From Candidatus Latescibacterota bacterium (GTDB lineage: Bacteria; Latescibacterota; UBA2968; UBA8231), in contig CBDAOB010000005.1 of the NCBI GenBank assembly GCA_965197905.1, positions 672,001 to 736,000 on the forward strand: DNA of 64,000 bases, given 5' to 3'. Below are positions 38,921 to 48,867 of the stretch, one piece after another (position 1 is the first letter of the stretch; each line of letters starts with the position of its first letter). Under the pieces are notes generated by a model that was not told the DNA's origin, did not search any database, and was given only the letters and a program-made list of their open reading frames with translations. Both the position numbers and the translations under genes were made by a program.

Positions 38921-40301
38921 ATGATGGTTCTATTTGTACACCGCCAGCGTAACCGTAGTCGCCTGGTGCACCGCCCTGTCAGCGCAATCCGTCGAATGGA
39001 AAGAGCTGGCGCGCAATCCGATATTCGGAGAAGCCAGAAACGACGGTCCCAAGGCCTACTATCCCAGTGTGCTATTCGACAAACATGGTTTTGCTGCAGG
39101 TCGCGACCGGCGTGGACGATTCAACTACCGCATGTGGTACGGTACCGCGGATGGGCAGACGGGTATAGCCGTCTCGAACAATGGCCTACGCTGGCGTGAC
39201 GAGGGTATCGTGCTTCCTCAGGGATATCACGCCACGGTCAAATATTTCCGGCGGGGGTTTTCCGGAGTCGACAGCGGCGAGCAGCCCAGTGCCGATCGGA
39301 TGCACTATCGCGTTTGGTACTGGGATCCCACCCTGCTCTATACCGTAGCTGCCATGCGCTACGCCGAATCGCCCGACGGCGTGTCGTGGCACAACGACCA
39401 GCCGGTTCAGAACGGCGCCGTAGAGATCGTCACGGGCGAGTTGCCCGATTGGAACAGAGGCACTTACGGCCCCTGCGATATCATCTACAATCCGCGCGCG
39501 GACGCGCCGTTTGTATTGTATTACAACGGCACGACCGGTGGAGACGAGGCGATCGGTCTGGCGCACTCGCCCGACGGAATAACCTGGACCGGATACGACA
39601 GCGACGGGGACGGTGCCGCGGATCCGGTGTTCAGTGGCACCTACACTGCAGGTGACTGGGACTTCGATTACGTCGGCCGCGCGACTGTGGTCAGGACCGG
39701 CCGCCGGCAGTACGAGATGTGGTACTCGGGGGGCGACGGCGCCCTCAACCAGGGCATTGGTTACGCTGTTTCTCGGGACGGGCGCAACTGGGTGCGAGAG
39801 GCTGGAAACCCGATCTTCCACGTCGACGATGGAGTCGGCTGGCGCACCGAGCGCAGCTATACCCCTGCCGTGCTGCCCTGGAAACGAAATTCCTACAAGA
39901 TGTGGTTTGCAGGTCGCTCCGATGGGGAGACTTCCATCGGCTACGCCGTCGGCGGGCGGAGGCGGTCACCGTCCAGGCTGGCCGCTGGGCCCAGGGGCGA
40001 TGACCTGCCTGACGTGGACAGGGCCAGTCGGCTAGTGGTATCCACCCACCCCAATCCCGCCAATCCCGAAACCGCAATTCGGATCAGGTTGTCGGTCGCA
40101 TCTCGGGTCGAGGTCGATCTGTTCGACGCACTCGGGCGTCGGGTGCGGACGCTCTTCGAGGGTTCGATGCAACCGGGCGGGCATAACTTCGTCTGGGATG
40201 GCCGCGACGATCGCGGGCGTGACGTTGGCAGCGGCGTCTACTTCTACAGGGCGCTTGCCGGTCGTGTGAGGGAGACGGGACAGATTACGCTCCTGCGCTG
40301 A
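38921..40301 (+). CDS. Secreted five-bladed beta-propeller glycosidase-like protein with C-terminal FlgD-Ig domain
   Basis: Repeated YRMWY/IGYAxSxDGxxW; PNPANP...WDGRDDRG...SGVY. GGAG RBS and ATG 38921 need removal of one T at 38933-38935. Confidence 0.78.
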
Positions 40302-40364
40302 TCACTCGCATCCAGCGATATAGGTCAGACCGTCACATGAAGTCTAGCGCGCCAGCCGGGGGTT

Positions 40365-40910
40365 TCAAGCGGACTGCGGTGCTTGCGCAAATGTCGAGTG
40401 GTAGGAATCGAGCGCAGCTCCACCCAGGCGTTCACTGATGATCCTGATTTCGGTGCGCCTGTACTCCCAACCGTCAGACCGTTCGACCTGCTCCAGATAG
40501 TCGCTCAGATGCAGCCGCATTAAGTCTTCGAACTGTTCGTGGGAAAGGTCTATGTGCTCACCTGAAAGCCGATCTTTGATCAGGTAGCGGGCCTGGTGTT
40601 GGTCTACCAGGGCAAAGAAGCTGTCGCGATCCATGGCACAATTGGCGTAGGCAAGCAGCTCGGCTCGATCGCCGATCAGCTCCCGCAGCTCCGGGCGTCG
40701 GTCCAGCGGCAGGGTGAAATCCTGAAACCGTTCGGTGCCGTAGATCGAATGGAACATCGCGGCGCGACAGAGCTCGTCGTCCGCGTCCCATGATTGCATG
40801 TACTTGTACACGCCAACAGCGTGAGCAAGGTAGGTCGTTCGCGAATGCGGAATCTTCGCGGCGCCGAGCTGGGTGATATACTCCGTCATGGTTTTCATCG
40901 GTAGGGTCAT
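40365..40910 (-). CDS. DUF6817-like (HD-type) protein
   Basis: PHS...AH...FHSIYGTE motif; GGAG RBS before ATG 40910. Confidence 0.65.
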   Translation of the reverse strand: MTLPMKTMTEYITQLGAAKIPHSRTTYLAHAVGVYKYMQSWDADDELCRAAMFHSIYGTERFQDFTLPLDRRPELRELIGDRAELLAYANCAMDRDSFFALVDQHQARYLIKDRLSGEHIDLSHEQFEDLMRLHLSDYLEQVERSDGWEYRRTEIRIISERLGGAALDSYHSTFAQAPQSA

Positions 40911-41106
40911 TTTAGTCTCCATGTTCGCGGTGAAGGTAGATCCCGACCACTATTAAACATACACTGTCCCAACGTCTTTGCCGGAAGGGATCGGAGACCA
41001 GTCATTCGGCCCTGCTCGCCGATCAAGGATTCCTTCCTCTTGCCGCTATAAGTAATTATCAGATAATCATACGTCTGCAGCGGACCCCTCAAGACTCGGG
41101 CACACC

Positions 41107-42726
41107 ATGAAACGTAAAAAACGTGCGGCTAAGCTCAATCTCATCAAACCCGATGACGTCAATCCAGAGTTGTGGCAGATGCTCACCGCCGCACGGGCTG
41201 GTCATCGGGGTAAGGTAGCCCGTCTGCATGCTGCCGATTCTTCGTTGATGCAACAGGAATTCTGGTACACCCGGCCGCTGCACTTCGCCGTGCGTGAAGG
41301 GCACCAGGGGGTGGTCAGGTTTCTCCTTGATAACGACGACGACTCCACTTGGGTCCGCTATGGACACGACGACCTGGCTACGGTAGCCCGGGATCGAGGA
41401 CACGATACCGTCGCCGATCTTCTTATTGCAGACCGGCTGAAACATAACGTCGATCGGGTCCGAAACATACACTTTGCGGCGGCAAACGGTGATCTGAAGA
41501 AGGTCGAGAGGGAACTAGGTGACGACGCAAGTCTGGTGAATGCGGGAGACGGCGAAGGCTGGACACCGCTCCATCATGCGGTCGACAAAGACCAATTCGA
41601 GGTTGCCGGCCTGCTGATCGAGCGCGGCGCCAACATCGATGCCGTGCAAAAGGGCGGTAGCGAGAATTGGTATCGAGCCCGCGGGCTACGTCCGGTGGAC
41701 CTGGCGCTCAAGAAAGAAAGCCATATGATGCTCGGTTTTCTATTGGCCCGGGGTGCCCACTACAGCCTCGATCTGGCGGTGGCTGCCGGAGATGGCAAGG
41801 CGGTCAGGCAGTTGTCGAGATCGAAGGAAAACCGACAAGCCTTCGGCGGACGCGCCCTGGCACTGGCCGTGAATGCGGGCGATCCGAAGCTGGTTAAAAC
41901 GTTGCTGCGATCCGGCGTGGACCCGACTCAACCGGAGCCACATGCTCCTCGCGGTTCGGCCCTGTGGGTCGCGACTCAGGACGGACATCTGGAAATCGCC
42001 GAGATGTTGCTGGAGGCCAGCGCCGATCCCAACGGCTGGATCGAGTCGGGCGGTGCTCCCGTGCACCAGGCGAAGGACGACGCCATGAAGGCGTTGATGT
42101 ATCGCTATGGAGGAAAACCTAAAGACGCGGCTGATTTTGTTCTCGATGACAACCTGGATGCGCTGGCGGTGCTGATCGACCGCGATCCACAAGGGGTATC
42201 AACTGCCGAATGCGGAACGGTATACACCTACGTCTCCCTCGGCAAGGTGCACATGCTGGATCTGTTGCTGGCGCGAGGAATCCCGGTTCCACCGGTCGTC
42301 ACCGCCTGCCGCACCTACCTATGGCGCCGGCCCGAACTGACCCGCCGCCTGCTGGAAGCTGGCATGGATCCCAACCTGCCCAACTGGCAATGGGTTACCC
42401 CGCTGCACAACATCGCCGAGATCAATCCGATGTATAAACACCGGGCTCGCCACAAGAACTCGCGAAAGAGGGAACGAACCAATCGTGCGAACCTGGTAGA
42501 TCTGTTCCTTCAATTCGGAGCCGAGATCGACGCCGTGGACGAGGAGTACCGCTCGACCCCGCTCGGTTGGGCGGCGCGTCAGGGAGAGGAAGACGCGGTC
42601 GAGCTGCTGATGAATCGGGGAGCGAATCCCAATGGTGGCGAAGCGTGGGCACGACCGCTGGCGTGGGCGGAACGGCGGGGTTATGCGAGGATAGCTCGCC
42701 AGCTGCAAAAAGCTGGCGCGAAATGA
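41107..42726 (+). CDS. Ankyrin-repeat protein
   Basis: PLHFAVREG, GWTPLHHA, TPLGWAARQG. Confidence 0.9.
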   Translation: MKRKKRAAKLNLIKPDDVNPELWQMLTAARAGHRGKVARLHAADSSLMQQEFWYTRPLHFAVREGHQGVVRFLLDNDDDSTWVRYGHDDLATVARDRGHDTVADLLIADRLKHNVDRVRNIHFAAANGDLKKVERELGDDASLVNAGDGEGWTPLHHAVDKDQFEVAGLLIERGANIDAVQKGGSENWYRARGLRPVDLALKKESHMMLGFLLARGAHYSLDLAVAAGDGKAVRQLSRSKENRQAFGGRALALAVNAGDPKLVKTLLRSGVDPTQPEPHAPRGSALWVATQDGHLEIAEMLLEASADPNGWIESGGAPVHQAKDDAMKALMYRYGGKPKDAADFVLDDNLDALAVLIDRDPQGVSTAECGTVYTYVSLGKVHMLDLLLARGIPVPPVVTACRTYLWRRPELTRRLLEAGMDPNLPNWQWVTPLHNIAEINPMYKHRARHKNSRKRERTNRANLVDLFLQFGAEIDAVDEEYRSTPLGWAARQGEEDAVELLMNRGANPNGGEAWARPLAWAERRGYARIARQLQKAGAK

Positions 42727-42781
42727 GTGGTGAGCATGTGGCTGCCAAAGGATATACGGATCGCTGAGAAAGGAGAGCAAG

Positions 42782-43834
42782 GTGGGGAAGAAAAACAAGA
42801 AGCTGAGAGTGGCGTTTATCGGTGCCGGGGGAATTGCCGGCACGCACATGGGATATCTGGCGGAGATGGAGGACGTGGAGATGATCGCCGCTGCGGATGT
42901 AGTGCAGGCAAGCGCCGAAGGGCGGCGCGAGGAGTACGGGATGGCCGCCGCCTACGTCGACTACAAGAAAATGCTCAAGGAAATGAAACCGGACGCGGTC
43001 AGCGTTTGCACGCCCAATGGTCTGCACGCACCATGTAGCATTGCAGCGCTCAATGCCGGCGCCCACGTAATCGTCGAAAAACCGATGGCTATGAACGCCC
43101 GCGAGGCGCAGAGGATGGTGGAGGCCGCGAAGCGGAACCGGCGCAAGCTCGTCATCGGTTTCCAGTATCGGTTCGATCCGAAGACGCAATACATCAAGAA
43201 TGCACTGGATACCGGACGTATGGGCGCGGTAGTCTATACGCGTATACAGGCGCTGCGTCGCCGCGGGATCCCCAACTGGGGTGTGTTCGGTCGCAAGGAG
43301 CTGCAGGGAGGTGGCCCCCTCATCGACATTGGAGTGCACCTCATGGAAACGGCCCATTACCTGATGGGTTCACCCACGCCGGTCGCGGCCAGCGGCAGCA
43401 CCTACACCTATCTGGGTGATAAACCTACGGACGTGCGTTCGATGTGGCCGGACTGGGACTACAAGACCTACACCGTCGAAGACCTGGCCGTGGGCCAGAT
43501 CCGTTTCGCTAACGGCTCCACCATGCAGATCGAATCGAGCTTCGCCGCCCATATCGAACACAACGTATGGAACGTCACGATCATGGGGGAGAAGGGGGGC
43601 GCCTCGTGGGATCCCCCGGGGCTGTTCACGGACGACTCCGGCTACATGACCAACAGCAGTCCGAACTGGCTCCCCGCGAAGGATCCGTTCCGGCTGAAGA
43701 TGCGCAATTTCGTCGACCACGTTCTCTACGGTAAGAAGAGCATGGCTCCCGGGACCGACGGCCTTATGGTGCAGAAGATGCTGGATGGAATCTACGCGTC
43801 GGCAGAAAAGAAGCGTGAGGTGGCGATTAGATAA
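42782..43834 (+). CDS. Gfo/Idh/MocA oxidoreductase
   Basis: IGAGGIA, EKPMA, GGPLIDIGVH. Confidence 0.93.
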   Translation: MGKKNKKLRVAFIGAGGIAGTHMGYLAEMEDVEMIAAADVVQASAEGRREEYGMAAAYVDYKKMLKEMKPDAVSVCTPNGLHAPCSIAALNAGAHVIVEKPMAMNAREAQRMVEAAKRNRRKLVIGFQYRFDPKTQYIKNALDTGRMGAVVYTRIQALRRRGIPNWGVFGRKELQGGGPLIDIGVHLMETAHYLMGSPTPVAASGSTYTYLGDKPTDVRSMWPDWDYKTYTVEDLAVGQIRFANGSTMQIESSFAAHIEHNVWNVTIMGEKGGASWDPPGLFTDDSGYMTNSSPNWLPAKDPFRLKMRNFVDHVLYGKKSMAPGTDGLMVQKMLDGIYASAEKKREVAIR

Positions 43835-43876
43835 GCTCGAGTCGCCTGGCGGCAGTCAGGGGCGAGTTAGCGCGTT

Positions 43877-46405
43877 TTATCTAAAAACCTTGAATACCTT
43901 GGGACCTCCGCCATCGGCGCGAATGCAACCGTTGAGGAGTTCGCTGGGTGAAGCGCAGAACAGCTTGTTAGTGCGACCGACGGTGAAGAGGTACTTCCTG
44001 CCCGTCTGCAACACCTCGGTGCCCTCCGCTTCGGCTTTCTTCTTTGCGGCGGCGTGGACGCGGCTAGGTTTGTATTCCCGCATCTCGAAGAGATCCGAAA
44101 AGCTGCCATCTTCGAAACCGTCAACGGTCATCAAGTTGCCGTTTTCACTCACCCTGACGTAGAATTCGCGCAAGTTCGGGTTTTCGGCCACTTTTTCGAG
44201 ACTGACTACGGCGAGGGTGACGGAAGGCTTCTCCGTATGTCGTCGGTTCTCACCTTCGAACACCAGGCTTCCCACGAGCACCTCGCGCAACATCGTCCTG
44301 ATTTTCGCCATTACCTCGTCCGGTTGGTGAACCGGCGACAGCATGTCCCACGCCTGGCTCGCCAGATAGGTGTAGGCGGCGTCGAAGACATCCCCGAAAC
44401 CGCTGGCGGACAGCGTCTCCGCCGGAATTTGATCGGGGGGTTCGGTCGGGGGCTCCATATCCTCGAAATTCAAGGGCGTGCCGGCAAACGCTTCTTTCAG
44501 TCCGGCAAGGGTTTTCGTGTGCCCTTCGGCATGCAGGTCCACTATGTATTCCCGGCACAAACGCATCAGCTCCTCCACGAACCTCTCGGCCAGAAAGTGC
44601 GCGAACAGCTTTCGGGTGTCTGTATCTGCTTTCTGCCGGCCAAGCCCCAGGAGATCCCCGTCGTTTATCTGGTCGGTGATGGAACGCAATGCCTCCTCGT
44701 AATATTTGGTAACCGCTTCCGGTGAATAGTCGTCGGGGTGTTCTTCCGAAAAGTTGTGGTTGGTTTTCAGGGCTTCGAGACGAACCAGGGTTACAGCGGC
44801 GTGATCCAGAATCTTTTTCAGAGCGCCAAGTGCCCGGTCTCCTGCGTCGAATGTCTTGTTGCTGTTGGCGACACCGTTTATGAATGAAGTCACATCGATG
44901 GTGAAGTTGCGGCCCTTCGAAACGCGCTGGTCCTGTCCGTGGAGCAATTGACCGACGGTATGATACTGGGCAATCTTCTTGATAGCGCTGTAGGCATTGT
45001 TGCTTCCGGTAGTGGAGGTAGTAATGGTCCTTGCCATCGTGCGCAGATTCTTGAAGTCCTTGCCGGGTTCGAGATACACACTCCATATCTCCTGCTCGGC
45101 TGATTCGATAGATGACAGCAACCTGGCGATTTCCTGTACCCGATCGCTGAGCTCCGGCAGGCTCGTTTCTCCCGACTCCACCATGTCGGAAGCCGAAACG
45201 TCGACCCCAGAGTCGACGTTGCCGGTCTCGATAAGACCGCTGTCGGCGCCGGTTTTCCTTTCGCCCCCTTGCTCGCTCTTGATAATCGCCGAAGTTCGGT
45301 CCACCGGGCTCGTCCCGTCCGTCGAACCCGCGGCCGCGGGAGGGGCCACCATTCCACTGCCGCCGCCTGACCCTCCGGGTCCAGTCACGGCAGGGCTGCC
45401 TCCTGTACCGCGGGGAGTGGCCGTCTGCTTTCGGGGTTTGCCGGCGTTTCGAGCTACCTCCAACCGCTTCGCGACCGCCTGGGCTTCTTCCATGGAGGGG
45501 ATGTGGGCTCGCAACGGTTTGAAGAGAGACACAGCCTTCAAGCGGTGTTTGAGCAGAGCTGCAGTCGCTTCCGACGAGATTTCCTTCGCGTCAACCTCGT
45601 ATTCAGCCCGGTAGATCTGCTGTAAAGCGTAGTTGAATTTCGTCAGGAATTCATCAAACCGATTTTCCTCGTCGTCCTCATCGTCATCTTCTTCCTCCTC
45701 CTGCTCCTCCTCGTCCACGTCCACCTCCAAGGCATCTTCCTCGCTAGCTTCTTCAGCGGCCGCTACATCTTCAGTCTTCTCGCAATCATCATCCGGACTG
45801 TCATCGACGTCCACCGTGGTGGCATCCGAACCATTCAGACAATCCCTGACCGCATCGGCGTAAGGTTGATCGCCCAGTGATTTCAACCCCAGGCCGACGG
45901 TCTGCTCGATGTTTCCACGCTTGTCGATGACTGGCTTGAGCACTCCTCTCAAGGTGATGTTGCCGTCGGGCAACACTTTGGCGACGAGAAGCGCGGAACA
46001 CAGGGACCTGAGAAAGCGTTCGACGAATGCATGTGTGTGTTCTTCGGGCAACGCCTCGGCCACGAGGCTTTTGTAGAATCTCAAGAGCAAACTCTTGATC
46101 TTGCTCTCGGGAACCTGTTCATCCTTGAGAGAAAGGAGAAAAGTGTAGGTGTGCAGAATCGCTGGGACCTCTTCCTTGAAGTCGAAGAGATTCAGCTGGA
46201 GCCTGGCGGCCCGCATCTGCAGGATGTAGGCGACTTCCGGCAGCTTTTGGGTAGCGATGAAGATTGGTTGGCAGATTTCCTCCCACACCTCAACTGCATC
46301 TTTCGGATCCACCTCCAGGACGGTACACCACTGCCTCCAGGTTCGGGCGGGAATGCGACTCTGACTCTGAAGCCTTGAGAGACCGTCGGATTCTGTTTTT
46401 GACAT
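43877..46405 (-). CDS. Large hypothetical protein with acidic and Gly/Ser-rich linkers
   Basis: 842-codon open frame with protein-like composition; no motif recognised. Confidence 0.75.
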   Translation of the reverse strand: MSKTESDGLSRLQSQSRIPARTWRQWCTVLEVDPKDAVEVWEEICQPIFIATQKLPEVAYILQMRAARLQLNLFDFKEEVPAILHTYTFLLSLKDEQVPESKIKSLLLRFYKSLVAEALPEEHTHAFVERFLRSLCSALLVAKVLPDGNITLRGVLKPVIDKRGNIEQTVGLGLKSLGDQPYADAVRDCLNGSDATTVDVDDSPDDDCEKTEDVAAAEEASEEDALEVDVDEEEQEEEEDDDEDDEENRFDEFLTKFNYALQQIYRAEYEVDAKEISSEATAALLKHRLKAVSLFKPLRAHIPSMEEAQAVAKRLEVARNAGKPRKQTATPRGTGGSPAVTGPGGSGGGSGMVAPPAAAGSTDGTSPVDRTSAIIKSEQGGERKTGADSGLIETGNVDSGVDVSASDMVESGETSLPELSDRVQEIARLLSSIESAEQEIWSVYLEPGKDFKNLRTMARTITTSTTGSNNAYSAIKKIAQYHTVGQLLHGQDQRVSKGRNFTIDVTSFINGVANSNKTFDAGDRALGALKKILDHAAVTLVRLEALKTNHNFSEEHPDDYSPEAVTKYYEEALRSITDQINDGDLLGLGRQKADTDTRKLFAHFLAERFVEELMRLCREYIVDLHAEGHTKTLAGLKEAFAGTPLNFEDMEPPTEPPDQIPAETLSASGFGDVFDAAYTYLASQAWDMLSPVHQPDEVMAKIRTMLREVLVGSLVFEGENRRHTEKPSVTLAVVSLEKVAENPNLREFYVRVSENGNLMTVDGFEDGSFSDLFEMREYKPSRVHAAAKKKAEAEGTEVLQTGRKYLFTVGRTNKLFCASPSELLNGCIRADGGGPKVFKVFR

Positions 46406-46447
46406 CAGACCTGGCGCTCGGAAGGGTGCAGGTACCTCTGATCTCGC

Positions 46448-46829
46448 TTAGTTCAAATCCAAGATTGCGCGTACAACTTTGGACATCTTTGGACATCTTT
46501 GGGATCTGAACAGGCTTCGAGATAATTTCCTCTACCCCGACCAGCCGTTCCTCGTCCGGCATGTATCCAGTGACGACAATCATCTTGACATCTGGATCAA
46601 TGAGTTGCAGCTCAGCCTGCATATCATAGCCTGTCATTTCGGGCATGTTGAGATCGAGAATGACCAAATCAATCCGACTCTGATTGCCTTTGAACACTTC
46701 GAGACCCTCCCGCCCATCACGTGCCTCCAATACATCCAGTCCTTCACCTTCCAGGACGGTCCTCAGTAGTTCGCGCACCAACGCTTCGTCATCTACGATG
46801 AGGACCGCTTGTGATTCCATGTTGCTCAT
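46448..46829 (-). CDS. Single-domain response regulator, frameshifted by a 10-bp duplication
   Basis: VLIVDDE, ILDLNMP, ISKP. Removing one AAAGATGTCC copy restores KVVRAILDLN-stop. Confidence 0.82.
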
Positions 46830-47017
46830 AGGTGTATCTCGTCGTTTCGGAGAACTTTCGCGCTGAGCATGCGGGCAACCAACCTTTGCGCGTAGATGCC
46901 ACTTTGCCCTACCACTTTGAGAATTAATTCTCAACTAGTATAACTACGTACCGAACGTCACGGACGGCCTAGGCGCTCACAGTTTACTGGGGGACTATGT
47001 GAACGTGATGCGACCAC

Positions 47018-47047
47018 GCCAATTTTGGAATTGATTCCAAAATTGGC
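47018..47047. promoter_or_regulatory. Perfect 14-bp-arm inverted repeat, putative operator
   Basis: GCCAATTTTGGAAT-TG-ATTCCAAAATTGGC in a divergent intergenic region. Confidence 0.65.
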
Positions 47048-47291
47048 ATGCTGTGGCGCCGGCAAATAATGATGTAAAGTATTTGTTTATCATCACTTAG
47101 GTCATTTTAAAGTGGTTGAACAGGCCTTCGCCGTGACCGGATCTCGCCTTATTTGTTAACAGGTTGGCACGAATGGCGGCGCCAATTTCCCAGTAACCCC
47201 GAGCCAGGCACTTCCTAGGTGTCCGTCCTGAGAATCTAGGTATATTGCCTCCTGCCAACACAATCTAGCCTTCGAGTGAAAGGACGTTACC

Positions 47292-48794
47292 ATGAAACAC
47301 CTGTTCATCGACGACCACGAGCTGGAAGCGATCGACAACTTGGCGCACAAGCTGCACCAGCCGCAGAAATTTCGTGGCAACGCGGTGCTGCGTCCCGAAC
47401 ACCGTTGGGAGAATTGTTCTATCCAGATTCGCACGACGCCGGCGTGGGATGAGGAAGAGAAGCTGTTCAAGGTGGTGTACATGGCATCGGCGGAAGGCGA
47501 CGAGCCGAACGTCACCTTAGATCCGACCGGGGCACCCAAGGGTGGGGAGAGTTTCTTCTGCCTGGCTACCTCGGAGGACGGGGTCAACTGGGAGAAACCG
47601 ACGCTGAGTCTTTATGATTATCAGGGCTTACACTGGACTGGGCGGCCGCTGGGCAAGGAGAACAACATTCTGAGCACGGAAGGCAAGCTGCTTCTGGCGC
47701 CGATCTATGACCCGCTGGATGCGGATCCGGGGCGGCGCTACAAAGGCATGGGTTGGTGGCCGGGAATCAACGGTTTGACGCCGGCGGTGTCGCCCGACTG
47801 CATCGAATGGACCCCGCTCATGAATACGAACGTCCCGAGCTCGGACGAAGCCCACCTCACGCACCTACGGGATGAGAAGCTGTTCGTCGCCATGGTAAAA
47901 CACCGGGATCCCCAGGGGCGGTCGCCGTACGGGCGCAGCTTCTGCTTGAGCACGAGCCCGGATCTGGAGGAATGGACGGAGCTGGAGCTGGCGTTCCACG
48001 CCGACCATCAAGATCAGGAGAACGGGAATGAGCGGATCGCCCGTTTCATTGAGGATCCGGAATACTTGAGCCCGGTCTACAACCGGCCCGAAGAGTACCG
48101 CACCGACGTCTACAACTTTCCGGCATTCAAATACGAAGGCATCTATCTGGCTTTTCCGGTGATGCACCATTGGATCGCCAAACATCCGCCGATGTACGAG
48201 AACGTGGACAGCCGCAAATCAATTGAGCTCGCCAGCAGTCGCGATCTGCGCAACTGGGAGCGGGTGGCGAACCGGGCGCCGTTTCTGGAGCTCTCTAAGG
48301 TTGGGGACGGCAGCGCCTACGACCTCAGTCAGAATGTGATGACGAACGGCCCGATCGTGCGCAACAACGAGCTGTGGTTTTACTACCTCGGATGCAAACA
48401 CCGCAGCCTCTCCATCGCCGACACCCTGAACCGAGGTTATCTCGACAGCACCGCCGCTTGCATGGCCCGTTTACGCATGGATGGTTTCGTCTCGTTGAAG
48501 GGTGGGGTCGAATGGGGTTCGGTGACCACGAAACCCACCGAGATCAGCGGAGATCAGTTGCACATGAACGTCGACTCGTGGCGCGGCAGGGTGAAAGCAG
48601 AGGTTCTGGACGCGTCCGACGGCTCAACCATTGCGGGGTTCGGCGCCGATGACTGCGTTCCGGCGATCGAGGACAATATCGATCACGTCGTCAGCTGGAA
48701 AGACAAAGCGGATCTTTCGAACCTTCGCGGCCAAACGGTGAAGCTGCGCTTCTCGCTATGGAACGGCGAGATCTATTCCTACTGGATCGAATGA
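47292..48794 (+). CDS. Five-bladed beta-propeller (GH32/43-like) hypothetical protein
   Basis: HLFIDD, ATSEDGVNWEKP, SSRDLRNW, LWFYY, LRMDGFVSL. Confidence 0.75.
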   Translation: MKHLFIDDHELEAIDNLAHKLHQPQKFRGNAVLRPEHRWENCSIQIRTTPAWDEEEKLFKVVYMASAEGDEPNVTLDPTGAPKGGESFFCLATSEDGVNWEKPTLSLYDYQGLHWTGRPLGKENNILSTEGKLLLAPIYDPLDADPGRRYKGMGWWPGINGLTPAVSPDCIEWTPLMNTNVPSSDEAHLTHLRDEKLFVAMVKHRDPQGRSPYGRSFCLSTSPDLEEWTELELAFHADHQDQENGNERIARFIEDPEYLSPVYNRPEEYRTDVYNFPAFKYEGIYLAFPVMHHWIAKHPPMYENVDSRKSIELASSRDLRNWERVANRAPFLELSKVGDGSAYDLSQNVMTNGPIVRNNELWFYYLGCKHRSLSIADTLNRGYLDSTAACMARLRMDGFVSLKGGVEWGSVTTKPTEISGDQLHMNVDSWRGRVKAEVLDASDGSTIAGFGADDCVPAIEDNIDHVVSWKDKADLSNLRGQTVKLRFSLWNGEIYSYWIE

Positions 48795-48867
48795 GGGGAG
48801 ACGATGATCGAGGCCCTCTGGTCTGAGGTCGACACCTACTTGGCTGCCGCATCACAAAGGACTGAGT

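Noticed and set aside
45660..45730. TCC/TCG-like simple repeat
   Set aside because: Explained by Asp/Glu codons of the acidic tract on the minus strand.
46887..46901. Additional sigma-54 boxes near 46890, 9877 and 56576
   Set aside because: GG-to-GC spacing is off by one or the -12 element is absent.
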